From Trueperaceae bacterium (GTDB taxonomy: Bacteria > Deinococcota > Deinococci > Deinococcales > Trueperaceae), in NCBI GenBank assembly GCA_035703635.1, contig DASSXV010000010.1, positions 48,853 to 112,852 of the forward strand: a DNA stretch of 64,000 nt, read 5' to 3'. Below the pieces are notes generated by a model. That model made no database searches and was not told the origin of the DNA. It was given only the letters and a program-made list of their open reading frames with translations. The translations under genes were made by a program, and so were the position numbers. Positions 32,256 to 43,059 of this stretch are shown here, piece after piece. How positions within the stretch are numbered: the first letter of the stretch is position 1; each line of letters starts with the position of its first letter.

Positions 32256-33180
32256 CCACTCTCACTCCGCGCCCGTTCGCCCACGCGCGGGCGCTCATCG
32301 CGCCCTTCGAGGCGGGCTTGACCGTGCTCAACTCCACTATGCCAGAGCCGGCGGCCACCTGAACGACGTCGCCAGTCAGCCGAACGACCTGCCCTGGTGC
32401 GGCAGCGCCCGTTTCCGCGTCAGGGAGGGCGGTCAACTCGAGCACCTTCACGCGGCTGCCCCCGAACTCGAACGAACTGCCTGGCCAACCAGCGACGCCG
32501 CGGTGGCGGTTGGCGATGTCAACGGCCGAAGCGTGCCAGCGCACATGCCCGTCAAGGGCGGTGAGGGGCGGCGCCACCGTGACCGCTCCCTCGTCTTGCG
32601 GAGTTACTGGCAAGGAGTCCGCCGCCAACAGGGTAAGCGCCTCCGTGAGCACCTCAGCGCCTAACTGCGCGAGCGAGGCCGCCAGCGTGATGGCGTCGTC
32701 ACTCGCTGCGACGGTTACGCGCCGTTGCAGGCGGATGGGGCCGGTGTCGAGGCCCTCTTCGGTCTGCATGATGGTTATGCCCGTTTCGGCGTCACCGGCG
32801 ATGAGCGCGTGTTGGATGGGGGCTGCCCCGCGCCAGCGTGGTAGCAAGCTAGCGTGAACGTTCAGGACCCCGAAGCGCGGCAGCTCGAGCAGTGCGGGCG
32901 GGAGGATGCGGCCGTATGCCGCCGTGACGCCAACGTCTAGATCGAGTGCCCGCAGTCGAGCCAGGAACTCCGGGTCGCGCAGGCGCCGCGGTTGCGCCAC
33001 TTCGATGTCCCTAGCCTCCGCCAGCCGCGCAGCTGCCGGTTGGCGCACTGTCAACCCACGACCGGCTGGTTTAGGCGGCTGGGTGACGGCGAGCAGGACA
33101 TGGTGTTGCCTGGCGAGCGCCTCCAGCGTCGGCACGGCGAAATCTGGAGTGCCGAAGAAGGCGACCCGTAACGGCTTCAC
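32239..33180 (-). CDS. fmt: Methionyl-tRNA formyltransferase
   Basis: FFGTPDFA, NVHASLLPRWRGAAPI, GLDTG. Confidence 0.96.
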   Translation of the reverse strand: MKPLRVAFFGTPDFAVPTLEALARQHHVLLAVTQPPKPAGRGLTVRQPAAARLAEARDIEVAQPRRLRDPEFLARLRALDLDVGVTAAYGRILPPALLELPRFGVLNVHASLLPRWRGAAPIQHALIAGDAETGITIMQTEEGLDTGPIRLQRRVTVAASDDAITLAASLAQLGAEVLTEALTLLAADSLPVTPQDEGAVTVAPPLTALDGHVRWHASAVDIANRHRGVAGWPGSSFEFGGSRVKVLELTALPDAETGAAAPGQVVRLTGDVVQVAAGSGIVELSTVKPASKGAMSARAWANGRGVRVGAVLV

Positions 33181-33785
33181 CGCTTGACTGCCGCCCTGTC
33201 CTCACGCAGCGCGGCCTTGGCGCGGCGTTGCATGTCGACGAGCTCCCTGCGGTGTTCTTCTAGGAACGCCTGCCTGCGCGGTTCGGGGAGGTGGTCGTAG
33301 TAGAGGACGCCCTCCAAGTGATCGAACTCGTGCTGGAGGACGTGTGCGAAGTAGCCGTCCGCGCTGATGGTGTGAGTGGCTCCGGCGAGGTCCTGGTAGG
33401 TGACGTCGACCGCCAGGTCGCGCGGCACGTCGAGCGCCGTGAGGCCAGGGAGGCTGAGGCAGCCGTCGCGGGCGAGTTGCACGCCGGCGCGGCGCGTGAT
33501 GAGCGGGTTGATGATCACGTGCTCGACGCGCTGATCCCAGCGCGAGTCGTCTTCATCGTCATCGTCTGCTGGCGTTGGCAACTCGAGCGCCACGAACATG
33601 CGCCGCGATACGCCGATTTGCGGGGCGGCGAGGCCAACGCCTTCGGCCGCGTACATGGTCTCGAACATGTCGGCAGCGAGGGTCTTGAGGCGCTCGTCGA
33701 AGTTTGTGACTGGCAGTGCGCGGCGCCGCAGAACGGGGTCGCCGAACAGCCGAATGGGGTGGATCAAGGTTCCTCCTGCTGTCAC
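33177..33785 (-). CDS. def: Peptide deformylase
   Basis: GVGLAAPQIG, DGCLS (variant of EGCLS), QHEFDHLEG. Confidence 0.93.
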   Translation of the reverse strand: MTAGGTLIHPIRLFGDPVLRRRALPVTNFDERLKTLAADMFETMYAAEGVGLAAPQIGVSRRMFVALELPTPADDDDEDDSRWDQRVEHVIINPLITRRAGVQLARDGCLSLPGLTALDVPRDLAVDVTYQDLAGATHTISADGYFAHVLQHEFDHLEGVLYYDHLPEPRRQAFLEEHRRELVDMQRRAKAALREDRAAVKR

Positions 33786-33801
33786 CGTGGTGCAGGGGCT
33801 G

Positions 33802-34728
33802 TCAGCGTGGTACGGCCTCGGCGGCGTACTGCAGGGTCACGGTTGGAGCGCTAAGCGCCACCACCCCGGCAGGCAGGGCGAGGCGAACAGGCAGAGTATA
33901 CCGGCCAGAAGCCGTTCCGCTGGTAGGCGGCTCTACCGTGCCCGTCACTTGCGTGACGGCTGCGAGGGCGTCCGGCTTGCCTGCCACGGTGACCGTCGTT
34001 GCGCTGAGGGTGGCGCTCAGCAACGACGAGCCGCTCGGGGGCGTGAAGGCGAGCGCCACTTCCTTGGTGCGCAGCACGGTGCTTGCCGTGAAGGTGACCG
34101 TCACTTTGGTGGGGGCGAACGTTACCCCTTGCACGGGCAGCCCGTTGGCGTCGAGTGCGAGCAACTCAACGTCTCCACCCTTGGCGGGAGCGAGGGCGAC
34201 CGTGCGTGTGACCTGGTCGAGCACCTGCCGCCGCCCAGTCAACGTCACCCGCGCCGGTTGGGCGCTGGCGCTTAGCTCCTCGCCCTCGGGTGCGGCGCCG
34301 AGCAATCCGACCTCGACGGGCAGGTCGCGGCTGACTACTTGCTCGAGGAAACCGATGACGACCTCTGGGTCCACGTGGAGGAGGCGCACGTCCGGCGGGG
34401 TCTGGACTTGGATCTGGCGCTCGAAGTCGCCCGCCACGTCCGCCAGATCGAGGGTGGCGCGGAGCTGATCTGCACGCAGGCGGTCGACGCGCGCGCTCGG
34501 GCCAGCGACGCTCACTTCGACCACGTCAGGCACACCGACGGCGATGGCGCTGGCTTCTACGCCGTCGACATCGAGGGGCAGCAGGAACGAGCGTTGCGTG
34601 GTGCTCGTGCTGGTGCTCGTCACGAGGAACCAGAAGACGAACGCTGCCATGGCGGCCACTAGCTTGCTCGGCCAGTTGCGCAGCAGGCGCCTAAGTAGCG
34701 CGACGAGCACCGACCACGCGCCCGTCAT
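33802..34728 (-). CDS. cdaR: CdaR/YbbR-like regulator of diadenylate cyclase
   Basis: N-terminal TM (NWPSKLVA..FWFLV) plus repeated beta-rich YbbR-like domains; ATGA overlap with cdaA. Confidence 0.82.
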   Translation of the reverse strand: MTGAWSVLVALLRRLLRNWPSKLVAAMAAFVFWFLVTSTSTSTTQRSFLLPLDVDGVEASAIAVGVPDVVEVSVAGPSARVDRLRADQLRATLDLADVAGDFERQIQVQTPPDVRLLHVDPEVVIGFLEQVVSRDLPVEVGLLGAAPEGEELSASAQPARVTLTGRRQVLDQVTRTVALAPAKGGDVELLALDANGLPVQGVTFAPTKVTVTFTASTVLRTKEVALAFTPPSGSSLLSATLSATTVTVAGKPDALAAVTQVTGTVEPPTSGTASGRYTLPVRLALPAGVVALSAPTVTLQYAAEAVPR

Positions 34729-35465
34729 TGCGCGTACGCCTCGCGCAGTGCCTTCAGGACGTCGGCCGGCGCGATGTCGGTCGTTAGGACGCCAGCTTCG
34801 GCGATGCTCACGGTGCCGCGCTCCTCGCTCACTACGACTACGAGCGCGTCCGTCACCTCGGAGAGGCCGAGCGCGGCGCGGTGGCGGGTGCCGTGCTTGA
34901 CGGACCAGCCCTCGTGCTTGTCGGAGAGCGGGAAGATGACGCCAGCGTGGGTGACGAGGTCCTCTTTGATGATGACCGCACCGTCGTGCAGCGGGCCGGT
35001 TGACGCGAAGATCGTTTGGAGCAGCGCGGCACTCACGGGGGCGCCGATGGACGTGCCGCGGTCCGCGTACTCCTTGAGGGGAGTGCGGCGCTCGACGGCA
35101 ACCAGCAGCCCTTTACGTTGACTGGCGAGTTCGCGGACGGCCGTCATGATCTCGCTTACCGGGTCGGCGCTGACGCTGCGCTGCATGCGGCCCCTGCCTA
35201 CCCGCTCGAGCACCGCGCGCAACTCGGGTTGGAACACTACGACTACGGCGAAGAAACCGACAGGCGCGATGGCGTCGAACAACCACTTCGTTGCCTGCAG
35301 TCCGGCCTGTCCGGCGAGGAACCAGAGCCCGGCGACGGCGAGGAGTCCGCGCAAGACGTTCCAGGCGCGGGTTCCACGCAGCAGTGCGTAGGATTGGTAC
35401 AGCAGGACGGCGATTATCAGGATGTCGATGACGTCCTGGATGCCGAAGCCTTCGAAGATTGCCAA
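34725..35465 (-). CDS. cdaA: Membrane diadenylate cyclase CdaA
   Basis: Three TM helices, VFQPELR, PLHDGAV and GTRHRAA DAC motifs, VSEERG; TTG start after GGAGG. Confidence 0.93.
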   Translation of the reverse strand: MAIFEGFGIQDVIDILIIAVLLYQSYALLRGTRAWNVLRGLLAVAGLWFLAGQAGLQATKWLFDAIAPVGFFAVVVVFQPELRAVLERVGRGRMQRSVSADPVSEIMTAVRELASQRKGLLVAVERRTPLKEYADRGTSIGAPVSAALLQTIFASTGPLHDGAVIIKEDLVTHAGVIFPLSDKHEGWSVKHGTRHRAALGLSEVTDALVVVVSEERGTVSIAEAGVLTTDIAPADVLKALREAYAQ

Positions 35466-35572
35466 GCGCGCGCCTCCGGTGCGAGGTCAGGGGAGGATAT
35501 CACGACCAGGTGCGGTCTTCGGCGCTCTCAGTGCCGCCCCTGGCGCCTGCTAGAGTGTCTGTGGAGGGCTGT

Positions 35573-36677
35573 ATGCCAAACGCAAGCTTGATCGAACTGC
35601 AAGATAGAGTCCAAGACCTCCGGGGGTATCTTTGACTTGGCTTCCAAGAAGGCCAAGCTGGAACTCCTAGAACCGCAACTGAACGACCCCAACCTGTGGA
35701 ACGACCCTGAGAACGCCAGGCGCATCAACCAAGAAGCCACGCAGCTTCGGCGCGTGGTGGAAGAGTTCGGCGCCATCGCTGGCGACGTGGAGGGTCTCAC
35801 CGAGCTCTACGAGTTGGCCACCCCTGACGAGGAAGACGAGCTAGGCAGCGAACTGACTAGCGTGGAGGCTCGCCTCGACAAGCTCTACCGCGAAACGCTG
35901 TTCAATGGCGACCATGACGCCAGGGCAGCGATCGTCACCATCAAACCTGGCGCAGGCGGAACGGAATCCTCGGACTGGGCCGGGATGCTGCTGCGCATGT
36001 ACAGACGCTTCGCGGAACGGCACGGCATGCAGGTCGAACTCCTCGACCTGGTACCTAACCACGACGCACCGAACGGCATCGAGTACGCCCAGATGATCGT
36101 GAGGGGCGAGCGCGCTTTCGGCATGCTGCGCGTCGAGGGCGGCGTGCACCGCCTCGTGCGCGTCAGCCCGTTCGACTCGCAGGGGCGGCGGCACACGTCG
36201 TTCGCGTCTGTCGAGGTCATGCCGGAGATCGACGACAGCTTCGACTTGAACATCGACCAGAAGGACCTGCGTGTCGACGTCTACCGCTCGAGCGGGCCTG
36301 GCGGCCAGTCGGTCAACACGACCGACTCTGCCGTGCGCGTCGTCTACAAGTCGGGCACTCCGGACGAGATCATCGTGACCATTCAAGACGGCAAGTCGCA
36401 GATCAAGAACCGCGAGAAGGCCATGACGGTGCTGCGGTCGCGGCTGTACGAGCGCGAGGAGCAGCGCCGCCTAGCGGAGCAGTTGAAGGCCAGAGGAGAG
36501 CAGAAGGCCATCGAGTGGGGCTCGCAGATCCGCTCGTACGTGCTCGACAAGCAGTACGTGAAGGACCACCGCACGGCCGCCATGCGCCACGACCCAGACA
36601 ACGTGCTGGACGGCGACATCGAGGACCTGATCTGGGAAGGCCTCGAGTGGTCGGCTAAGAACGAAATGGTCGCCTAG
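35573..36677 (+). CDS. prfB: Peptide chain release factor 2 (programmed +1 frameshift)
   Basis: ATG 35573 reads 20 codons to CTT TGA C; +1 frame continues with GAGG, SPF and GGQ motifs. Confidence 0.95.
35621..35636 (+). promoter_or_regulatory. prfB +1 frameshift cassette
   Basis: CGGGGG TAT CTT TGA C: internal SD-like run plus slippery codon plus in-frame UGA. Confidence 0.93.
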
Positions 36678-36683
36678 GCTTAA

Positions 36684-37313
36684 GTGCCGCGCATCCTGGC
36701 CATCGCCGACGTCGTCTCGCCAGTCGTCTACTCGAGCAACTTCCCCGGCAACCTCGCCCCGTTCGACCTCGTGTTGAGCGCGGGCGACATGCCTGGGGAG
36801 GTCCTCGAGTTCGTGGCCACCAAGACGCGCGTCACGCCCCTGTACGTGTTCGGCAATCACGCCTCGGGCTACGTGCGTGACCCACAGTCGGACGAGCCGC
36901 GCCAGCCGGGCGGCTGCATGAACGTCCACATGCGGGTAGTCAACGCGGCTGGACTGCTGGTAGTTGGCATCGAGGGCAGCTTGCGGTACCGCGACGGCCC
37001 CCATCAGTACACGCAGGCTGACTACCGCAACATGGTCATGCGCCTGGCGCCGCGCTTGCTTTGGAACCGCCGCAGGCACGGCCGCGCCATCGACGTGCTC
37101 CTTACGCACGCCGCGCCGCAGGGCCAGCATGAGGGCGACGACCGCGTCCACCGGGGCGTGGCGGCTTTCAACATGTTCCACCGCCTCTTCAAACCGAAGC
37201 TGCACGTGCACGGCCACGTTCACCTCTCCGGTGCCAACGCCCCTAGGAGTTACATCACGGACGAAGGCGTGCGGGTAGTCAACGCCTACGAGTTCGCCCT
37301 GATGGACGTGTGA
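36684..37313 (+). CDS. Calcineurin-like metallophosphoesterase
   Basis: AIAD, SAGD, FGNH, LTH, HGHVH. Confidence 0.85.
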   Translation: MPRILAIADVVSPVVYSSNFPGNLAPFDLVLSAGDMPGEVLEFVATKTRVTPLYVFGNHASGYVRDPQSDEPRQPGGCMNVHMRVVNAAGLLVVGIEGSLRYRDGPHQYTQADYRNMVMRLAPRLLWNRRRHGRAIDVLLTHAAPQGQHEGDDRVHRGVAAFNMFHRLFKPKLHVHGHVHLSGANAPRSYITDEGVRVVNAYEFALMDV

Positions 37314-37386
37314 GGAACGCGGCGGCCCACAGCGACTAGTGGCGGCGCGACATGCATGCTGCCTAGTCCGCGCCGATAATGCCCAC

Positions 37387-38346
37387 ATGGGAACCAAGAA
37401 ACTAGCACTGGCAAGCGGCGCGCCTGTCGCTGGCGTCATTTCCGGCGTTAGCGTCACCGCCGTCAGCGGGGCTGACGCGCCCGCTTTCCTCCACGGTCAA
37501 CTCGCCAACGACGTGACCGGCCTTGCGATCGGTGCCGCCGGGCGCTCGCTCTACTTGAACCACCGCGGGCACGCCGTGGCCGAAGTGATGGTGATACGGC
37601 GCGAGCGGCAGTCGTTCGAGCTGGTCGAGGATGGCGGCGCGGCTGCCTGGGTCAAGGCGGAGCTAGAGCGTCACATCGTCTTCGACGAGGTGACGCTGGC
37701 CGCGCCAGCGCCCGCCGTCCTCGTGACGCTGCAGGGTCCTGGCGCCGCGGACGTGCTTACCGCGTTGACGGTGAGGGCGCCGGCGCAAGGGGAGACGACC
37801 GTCGCAGACGTGGCGGGCGTCGGCAAGGTGACCGTGTGGCCACGGCACCGCTCTGCCGTGGGAGGCTACGACCTGCTGCTGGCTGCGGGCTCGAGCGCAG
37901 AGCCCTTACTTGCCGACCTCGAGGGTGCTGGCGCCCAGCGCGTCGCGCCGGGCGAACTCGACCTGTTGCGCGTGCGAGCCCTAACTGCTGTGGCGCCACA
38001 AGACGCTGGCGAGGGCGTTCTGCCGCAGGAAGCTGGGCTCGAGTCTGCGCTCTCCTACCGCAAGGGCTGCTACCTCGGACAAGAGATCATGGCGCGCATC
38101 GAGGCGCGCGGCAACTTGCGGCGCGGCCTCCGACGCGTGCGCCTCACGCAAGACCCGCGAACGCTGACGCCGGACGGCAGCGACTGGCGCGAGCTTCGCT
38201 CCGGCGGCCGCGTGGTTGGGCGTCTGGGCACGGTGGCGCCCGACGGCAAGGAGTTCGAGGCGCTTGCCGTCGTGCGCCAAGACCTACCCGAAGACGCCGA
38301 GCTCGTGGCGGGCGGCGAGGTGACCGCCGCGCTGGTCGGAGCCTGA
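37387..38346 (+). CDS. ygfZ: Folate-binding YgfZ/GcvT family protein
   Basis: FLHGQLAND and KGCYLGQE signature. Confidence 0.88.
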   Translation: MGTKKLALASGAPVAGVISGVSVTAVSGADAPAFLHGQLANDVTGLAIGAAGRSLYLNHRGHAVAEVMVIRRERQSFELVEDGGAAAWVKAELERHIVFDEVTLAAPAPAVLVTLQGPGAADVLTALTVRAPAQGETTVADVAGVGKVTVWPRHRSAVGGYDLLLAAGSSAEPLLADLEGAGAQRVAPGELDLLRVRALTAVAPQDAGEGVLPQEAGLESALSYRKGCYLGQEIMARIEARGNLRRGLRRVRLTQDPRTLTPDGSDWRELRSGGRVVGRLGTVAPDGKEFEALAVVRQDLPEDAELVAGGEVTAALVGA

Positions 38347-38450
38347 AGGGTGGTTAGCCCGAGTAGCCAAGCGGCCACGATGAGGCTGGGCGCGCGGCGT
38401 ACAACCGTGGCGGCCACGCCGTCGGCCCCGTCGGCGCCTATAATGACGCC

Positions 38451-40097
<1,647 letters not shown>

Positions 40098-40123
40098 CGA
40101 CCGCTGGTGCTGGAGGAGACTGA

Positions 40124-40540
40124 ATGGACAGGCCAATACGCGTCCTGATCGCCAAACCAGGCCTTGACGGCCACGACCGCGGCGCCAAGGTCATCGCACG
40201 CGCCCTGCGCGACGCGGGCATGGAGGTCATCTACACCGGCCTGAGGCAGACCTCTGCCATGATCGTCAACGCCGCCATCCAGGAAGACGTCGACGCCGTC
40301 GGCCTCTCCGTCCTTTCTGGCGCTCACATGCACTACTTCCGCGAGATCGCAGCGGCCCTAGCCGAGAGGGACGCAACGGACGTCCTCCTGTTCGGGGGCG
40401 GCATCGTGCCTGACCAGGACCTACCTGCCCTAGCCGAACTCGGCGTAGGTGAGATCTTCACGCCCGGAGCCAACACCAATGACGTGGTCGCTTACGTACG
40501 AGCCGAAGTAGCCCGTCGACGCGCATCGATATCTCTCTGA
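40124..40540 (+). CDS. Cobalamin-binding small subunit of acyl-CoA mutase
   Basis: [10 protein letters not shown] (DxHxxG), SVLSGAH, GGGI. Confidence 0.93.
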   Translation: MDRPIRVLIAKPGLDGHDRGAKVIARALRDAGMEVIYTGLRQTSAMIVNAAIQEDVDAVGLSVLSGAHMHYFREIAAALAERDATDVLLFGGGIVPDQDLPALAELGVGEIFTPGANTNDVVAYVRAEVARRRASISL

Positions 40541-40607
40541 CTCATGACTTTCTCAAGATTGAATTGGTACGGTAGCAACGTACCTTCCTCCGAGGGAGAT
40601 TAGAGAG

Positions 40608-41606
40608 TTGCGAAAAACCAGAGTCGCCGCCTGCTTGACGTTGGTGGCCTTCACCCTCCCGAGCCTCGCACTCGCCGATGCTTACGCCCTCAAGACGGTC
40701 CGCCCCGGCGATTCGGTCAGTCTCATCGCGGAGCGGTACGGCGTATCGGTAGACGCGCTCCTAGGGGCGAACGACCTAACCAGCACCGTCATCAGGCCAG
40801 GCGACGTCCTGCGCGTGCCGTACGTCGCCGCAGTCGGTGGTCCAGCCAGCGACAACCTCCTCACGCCGCCAGGATTCACGTGGTACTCCCTCTCCATGGG
40901 CGAGACCCTCAGCTCCGTCGCCTCGCGCTTCGGGTTGCCACTCAAAGCCATCGTTGGCGCCAATCCAGACATCTCATCGCTCGACCGACTCCCGAGCGGG
41001 TTCGAGCTTCTCATCCCGCCTAGCCCAGGCCTCGTCGTGCGCCTTGGCGAAGGCGAGAACGTCCTCGACCTAGTAGCCCAGTACGACCTCGATCCAGCCG
41101 CGTTCTCCCGAGCGAACGGGCTGCGCTCGCCGTTCGACGTGACGCCAGGCATGCTCGTGTTCCTGCCTGGTGTAGAGCCGACGGAAGCGCTTGCCAGGCT
41201 TCAGAAAGTCAGGGAGGCCGAGAACCGCTACGTCTGGCCGCTCCACGGGCGCCTCACCTCGTACTTCGGTCCGCGCAACCTCGGCATGGGAACCTCGAGC
41301 TTCCACCGCGGCGTCGACATCGCAGCGCCGTCAGGCACGCCAGTGGGCGCGGCCCGTGCCGGCACCGTCACGTACGCTGGTTGGTCGAGCCAAGGCTACG
41401 GCAACCTCGTGCGCATCCGCCACGCGGACGGCTCTGAGGCCTGGTACGGTCACTTCAGCTCCATCTCCGTCGGCGTCGGCCAGTACGTCAACCAGTCGCA
41501 GACCATCGGCCGCGTAGGCTCGACGGGCCTGTCCACTGGCCCGCACTTGCACTTCGAGTTGCACATCGGCTCGGTAGCCAAGGACCCGCTCGGCCTCCTG
41601 CCCTGA
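40608..41606 (+). CDS. Secreted LysM-repeat M23 peptidase
   Basis: Signal peptide, three LysM-like repeats, HRGVD, YGN, GPHLHFE. Confidence 0.92.
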   Translation: MRKTRVAACLTLVAFTLPSLALADAYALKTVRPGDSVSLIAERYGVSVDALLGANDLTSTVIRPGDVLRVPYVAAVGGPASDNLLTPPGFTWYSLSMGETLSSVASRFGLPLKAIVGANPDISSLDRLPSGFELLIPPSPGLVVRLGEGENVLDLVAQYDLDPAAFSRANGLRSPFDVTPGMLVFLPGVEPTEALARLQKVREAENRYVWPLHGRLTSYFGPRNLGMGTSSFHRGVDIAAPSGTPVGAARAGTVTYAGWSSQGYGNLVRIRHADGSEAWYGHFSSISVGVGQYVNQSQTIGRVGSTGLSTGPHLHFELHIGSVAKDPLGLLP

Positions 41607-41621
41607 TTGGAACGACAGACC

Positions 41622-41663
41622 AACGGTCGAGGCCCGCGCTTGGTGGCGCGGGCCTCGACCGTT
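41622..41663. terminator. Hairpin between convergent genes, probable bidirectional terminator
   Basis: Perfect 18-bp stem aacggtcgaggcccgcgc / gcgcgggcctcgaccgtt. Confidence 0.75.
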
Positions 41664-41682
41664 CGCGTTCAGGTAGTCAGTG

Positions 41683-42384
41683 CTATTTATCCGGGTAGTA
41701 GAGGATGCGCCCGCAGCTAGGGCAGCGCGTCACGCCGTCACCTTTGCGCGCTTTCTGCACGACGTGGATCGGCAAGCGCATGTTGCAGCCGCTGCACGTG
41801 CTGTTGTCTATCACTTCGGCTAACCCAGTCCCGCGCCGCGCCTTGCGCACTTGCTCGTACTGCTGCAGCAGCGGAGCGGTGATGGCGCTCGCGAGCGCGT
41901 TGCGCTCCGCGGCGATAGCAGCGCTCTGGGAGTCGACGGCCGCAACGCGGTCAGCTTCGGCCTGCCTAAGCTGCTCGAGCACGGGCACCAAGTCGGCTAG
42001 TTCCGCGTTCAATGCTGACAGCTCCTGGTCGAGGCCCTCCTGGCTCTCGAGCAGCGGGAGGGTGTCCTCCTCCAACTCGGAGATGCGCGTCGCGAACTGC
42101 AACTCCTGATTCTGATACTGCGAGGCTTCCTTCGGAGTAGCTGCACGCACCGAGGAGTCGGCCGCAGCGCGGCGCCGCTCCTGCAGCACCTTGAGTTCTA
42201 GCTCGTTCGTGTTGACGCGTGTGCGCAGCGCATCGCGTTCGCGCTCCTTGAGCTCCCTGAGGTCCTCCAAGGACCGTTGCTTCACTTCAGTTGCCACCAA
42301 CTCGGTGGGGACTTGGCCGCGCTCCTCGCGTAAGCCGTCCAGTCTCAGGTCGAACGCCTGCACTTCGGCCAGTCGGTTCAGCAT
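41683..42384 (-). CDS. Coiled-coil protein with C4-type zinc ribbon (DUF164-like)
   Basis: Long coiled coil, then CSGC..CPSCGRIL; ATG 42384 after GGAGG. Confidence 0.88.
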   Translation of the reverse strand: MLNRLAEVQAFDLRLDGLREERGQVPTELVATEVKQRSLEDLRELKERERDALRTRVNTNELELKVLQERRRAAADSSVRAATPKEASQYQNQELQFATRISELEEDTLPLLESQEGLDQELSALNAELADLVPVLEQLRQAEADRVAAVDSQSAAIAAERNALASAITAPLLQQYEQVRKARRGTGLAEVIDNSTCSGCNMRLPIHVVQKARKGDGVTRCPSCGRILYYPDK

Positions 42385-42480
42385 CTTGCCTCCACTAACG
42401 AAGAACCCCCGCCCGGTAGCAAGTGGGCGAGGGTCCGCAAAACAGCTATGCTGCAAGTTCGAATCACGGAGCCGAGTTTA
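42378..42480 (-). promoter_or_regulatory. Candidate attenuator: promoter, leaderless leader ORF and terminator-like hairpin
   Basis: TAAACT (42480-42475), GTG 42467 opening a 29-codon ORF, 12-bp hairpin 42436-42403 followed by UUCGUU. Confidence 0.55.
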
Positions 42481-42512
42481 GCACGCCCCTTCGCAAGGTA
42501 GACTCACCTGGC

Positions 42513-42995
42513 ATGTTCGAGGACTCTCCCGAGGCGTTCATCTCCCGTTGGCAGCGCTACGCTGCCGATGCAGAGCTCTTTCCCCACCGGGAGGGCAGCC
42601 CCCTCATCGAGTGCAGAGCCGGCGGCGCCATCCTGCAACTCTTCGAGCGCACCGGGCCGTACCTTTCGCGCCCAGGACAGCAGCGCACGATCATTCACCC
42701 CGTCACCAGCGCGCTGATCAAGCTCGAACCCGGCGGCGCGACCGTCCACCTAGCGGCCACGGGCATCAGCCGCCTAGAAGCCGTCGGCACGGTGTTGGCG
42801 ACGGAAGACCGCATCGTCGTCGTTGACGCAGGGGCGCCGCTCGTGGTCGGAGTGCTCGAGCCCCAGACTCTCGACCTGCAGGCCGGTGACCTTGTGAGTT
42901 TCGAGAGCGCAGCGCCAGTGCACGGTTTCGTGGTCGTAGCGCCGTCGCCGTTCCTAGGCCACCCGCGGCGCGACCGGCACGACGACCACATCTGA
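42513..42995 (+). CDS. Hypothetical protein
   Basis: 160 aa ORF, ATG 8 nt after TAGACT; no motif recognised. Confidence 0.68.
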   Translation: MFEDSPEAFISRWQRYAADAELFPHREGSPLIECRAGGAILQLFERTGPYLSRPGQQRTIIHPVTSALIKLEPGGATVHLAATGISRLEAVGTVLATEDRIVVVDAGAPLVVGVLEPQTLDLQAGDLVSFESAAPVHGFVVVAPSPFLGHPRRDRHDDHI

Positions 42996-43059
42996 AGGCC
43001 GTTCACCACCGTCAAGCGAATACTTGGTAGCGCCTGTGCGTCTGCTACAGTGGCCCGTC

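Noticed and set aside
35573..36677. prfB as a frameshifted pseudogene
   Set aside because: The break is the canonical CTT TGA C recoding site
38347..38450. Cobalamin riboswitch upstream of the mutase
   Set aside because: TATAAT lies 6 nt from the ATG, leaving no leader, and no B12-box is visible
40541..40607. c-di-AMP (ydaO) riboswitch before the LysM/M23 gene
   Set aside because: Only 67 bp are available and no ydaO consensus is recognisable
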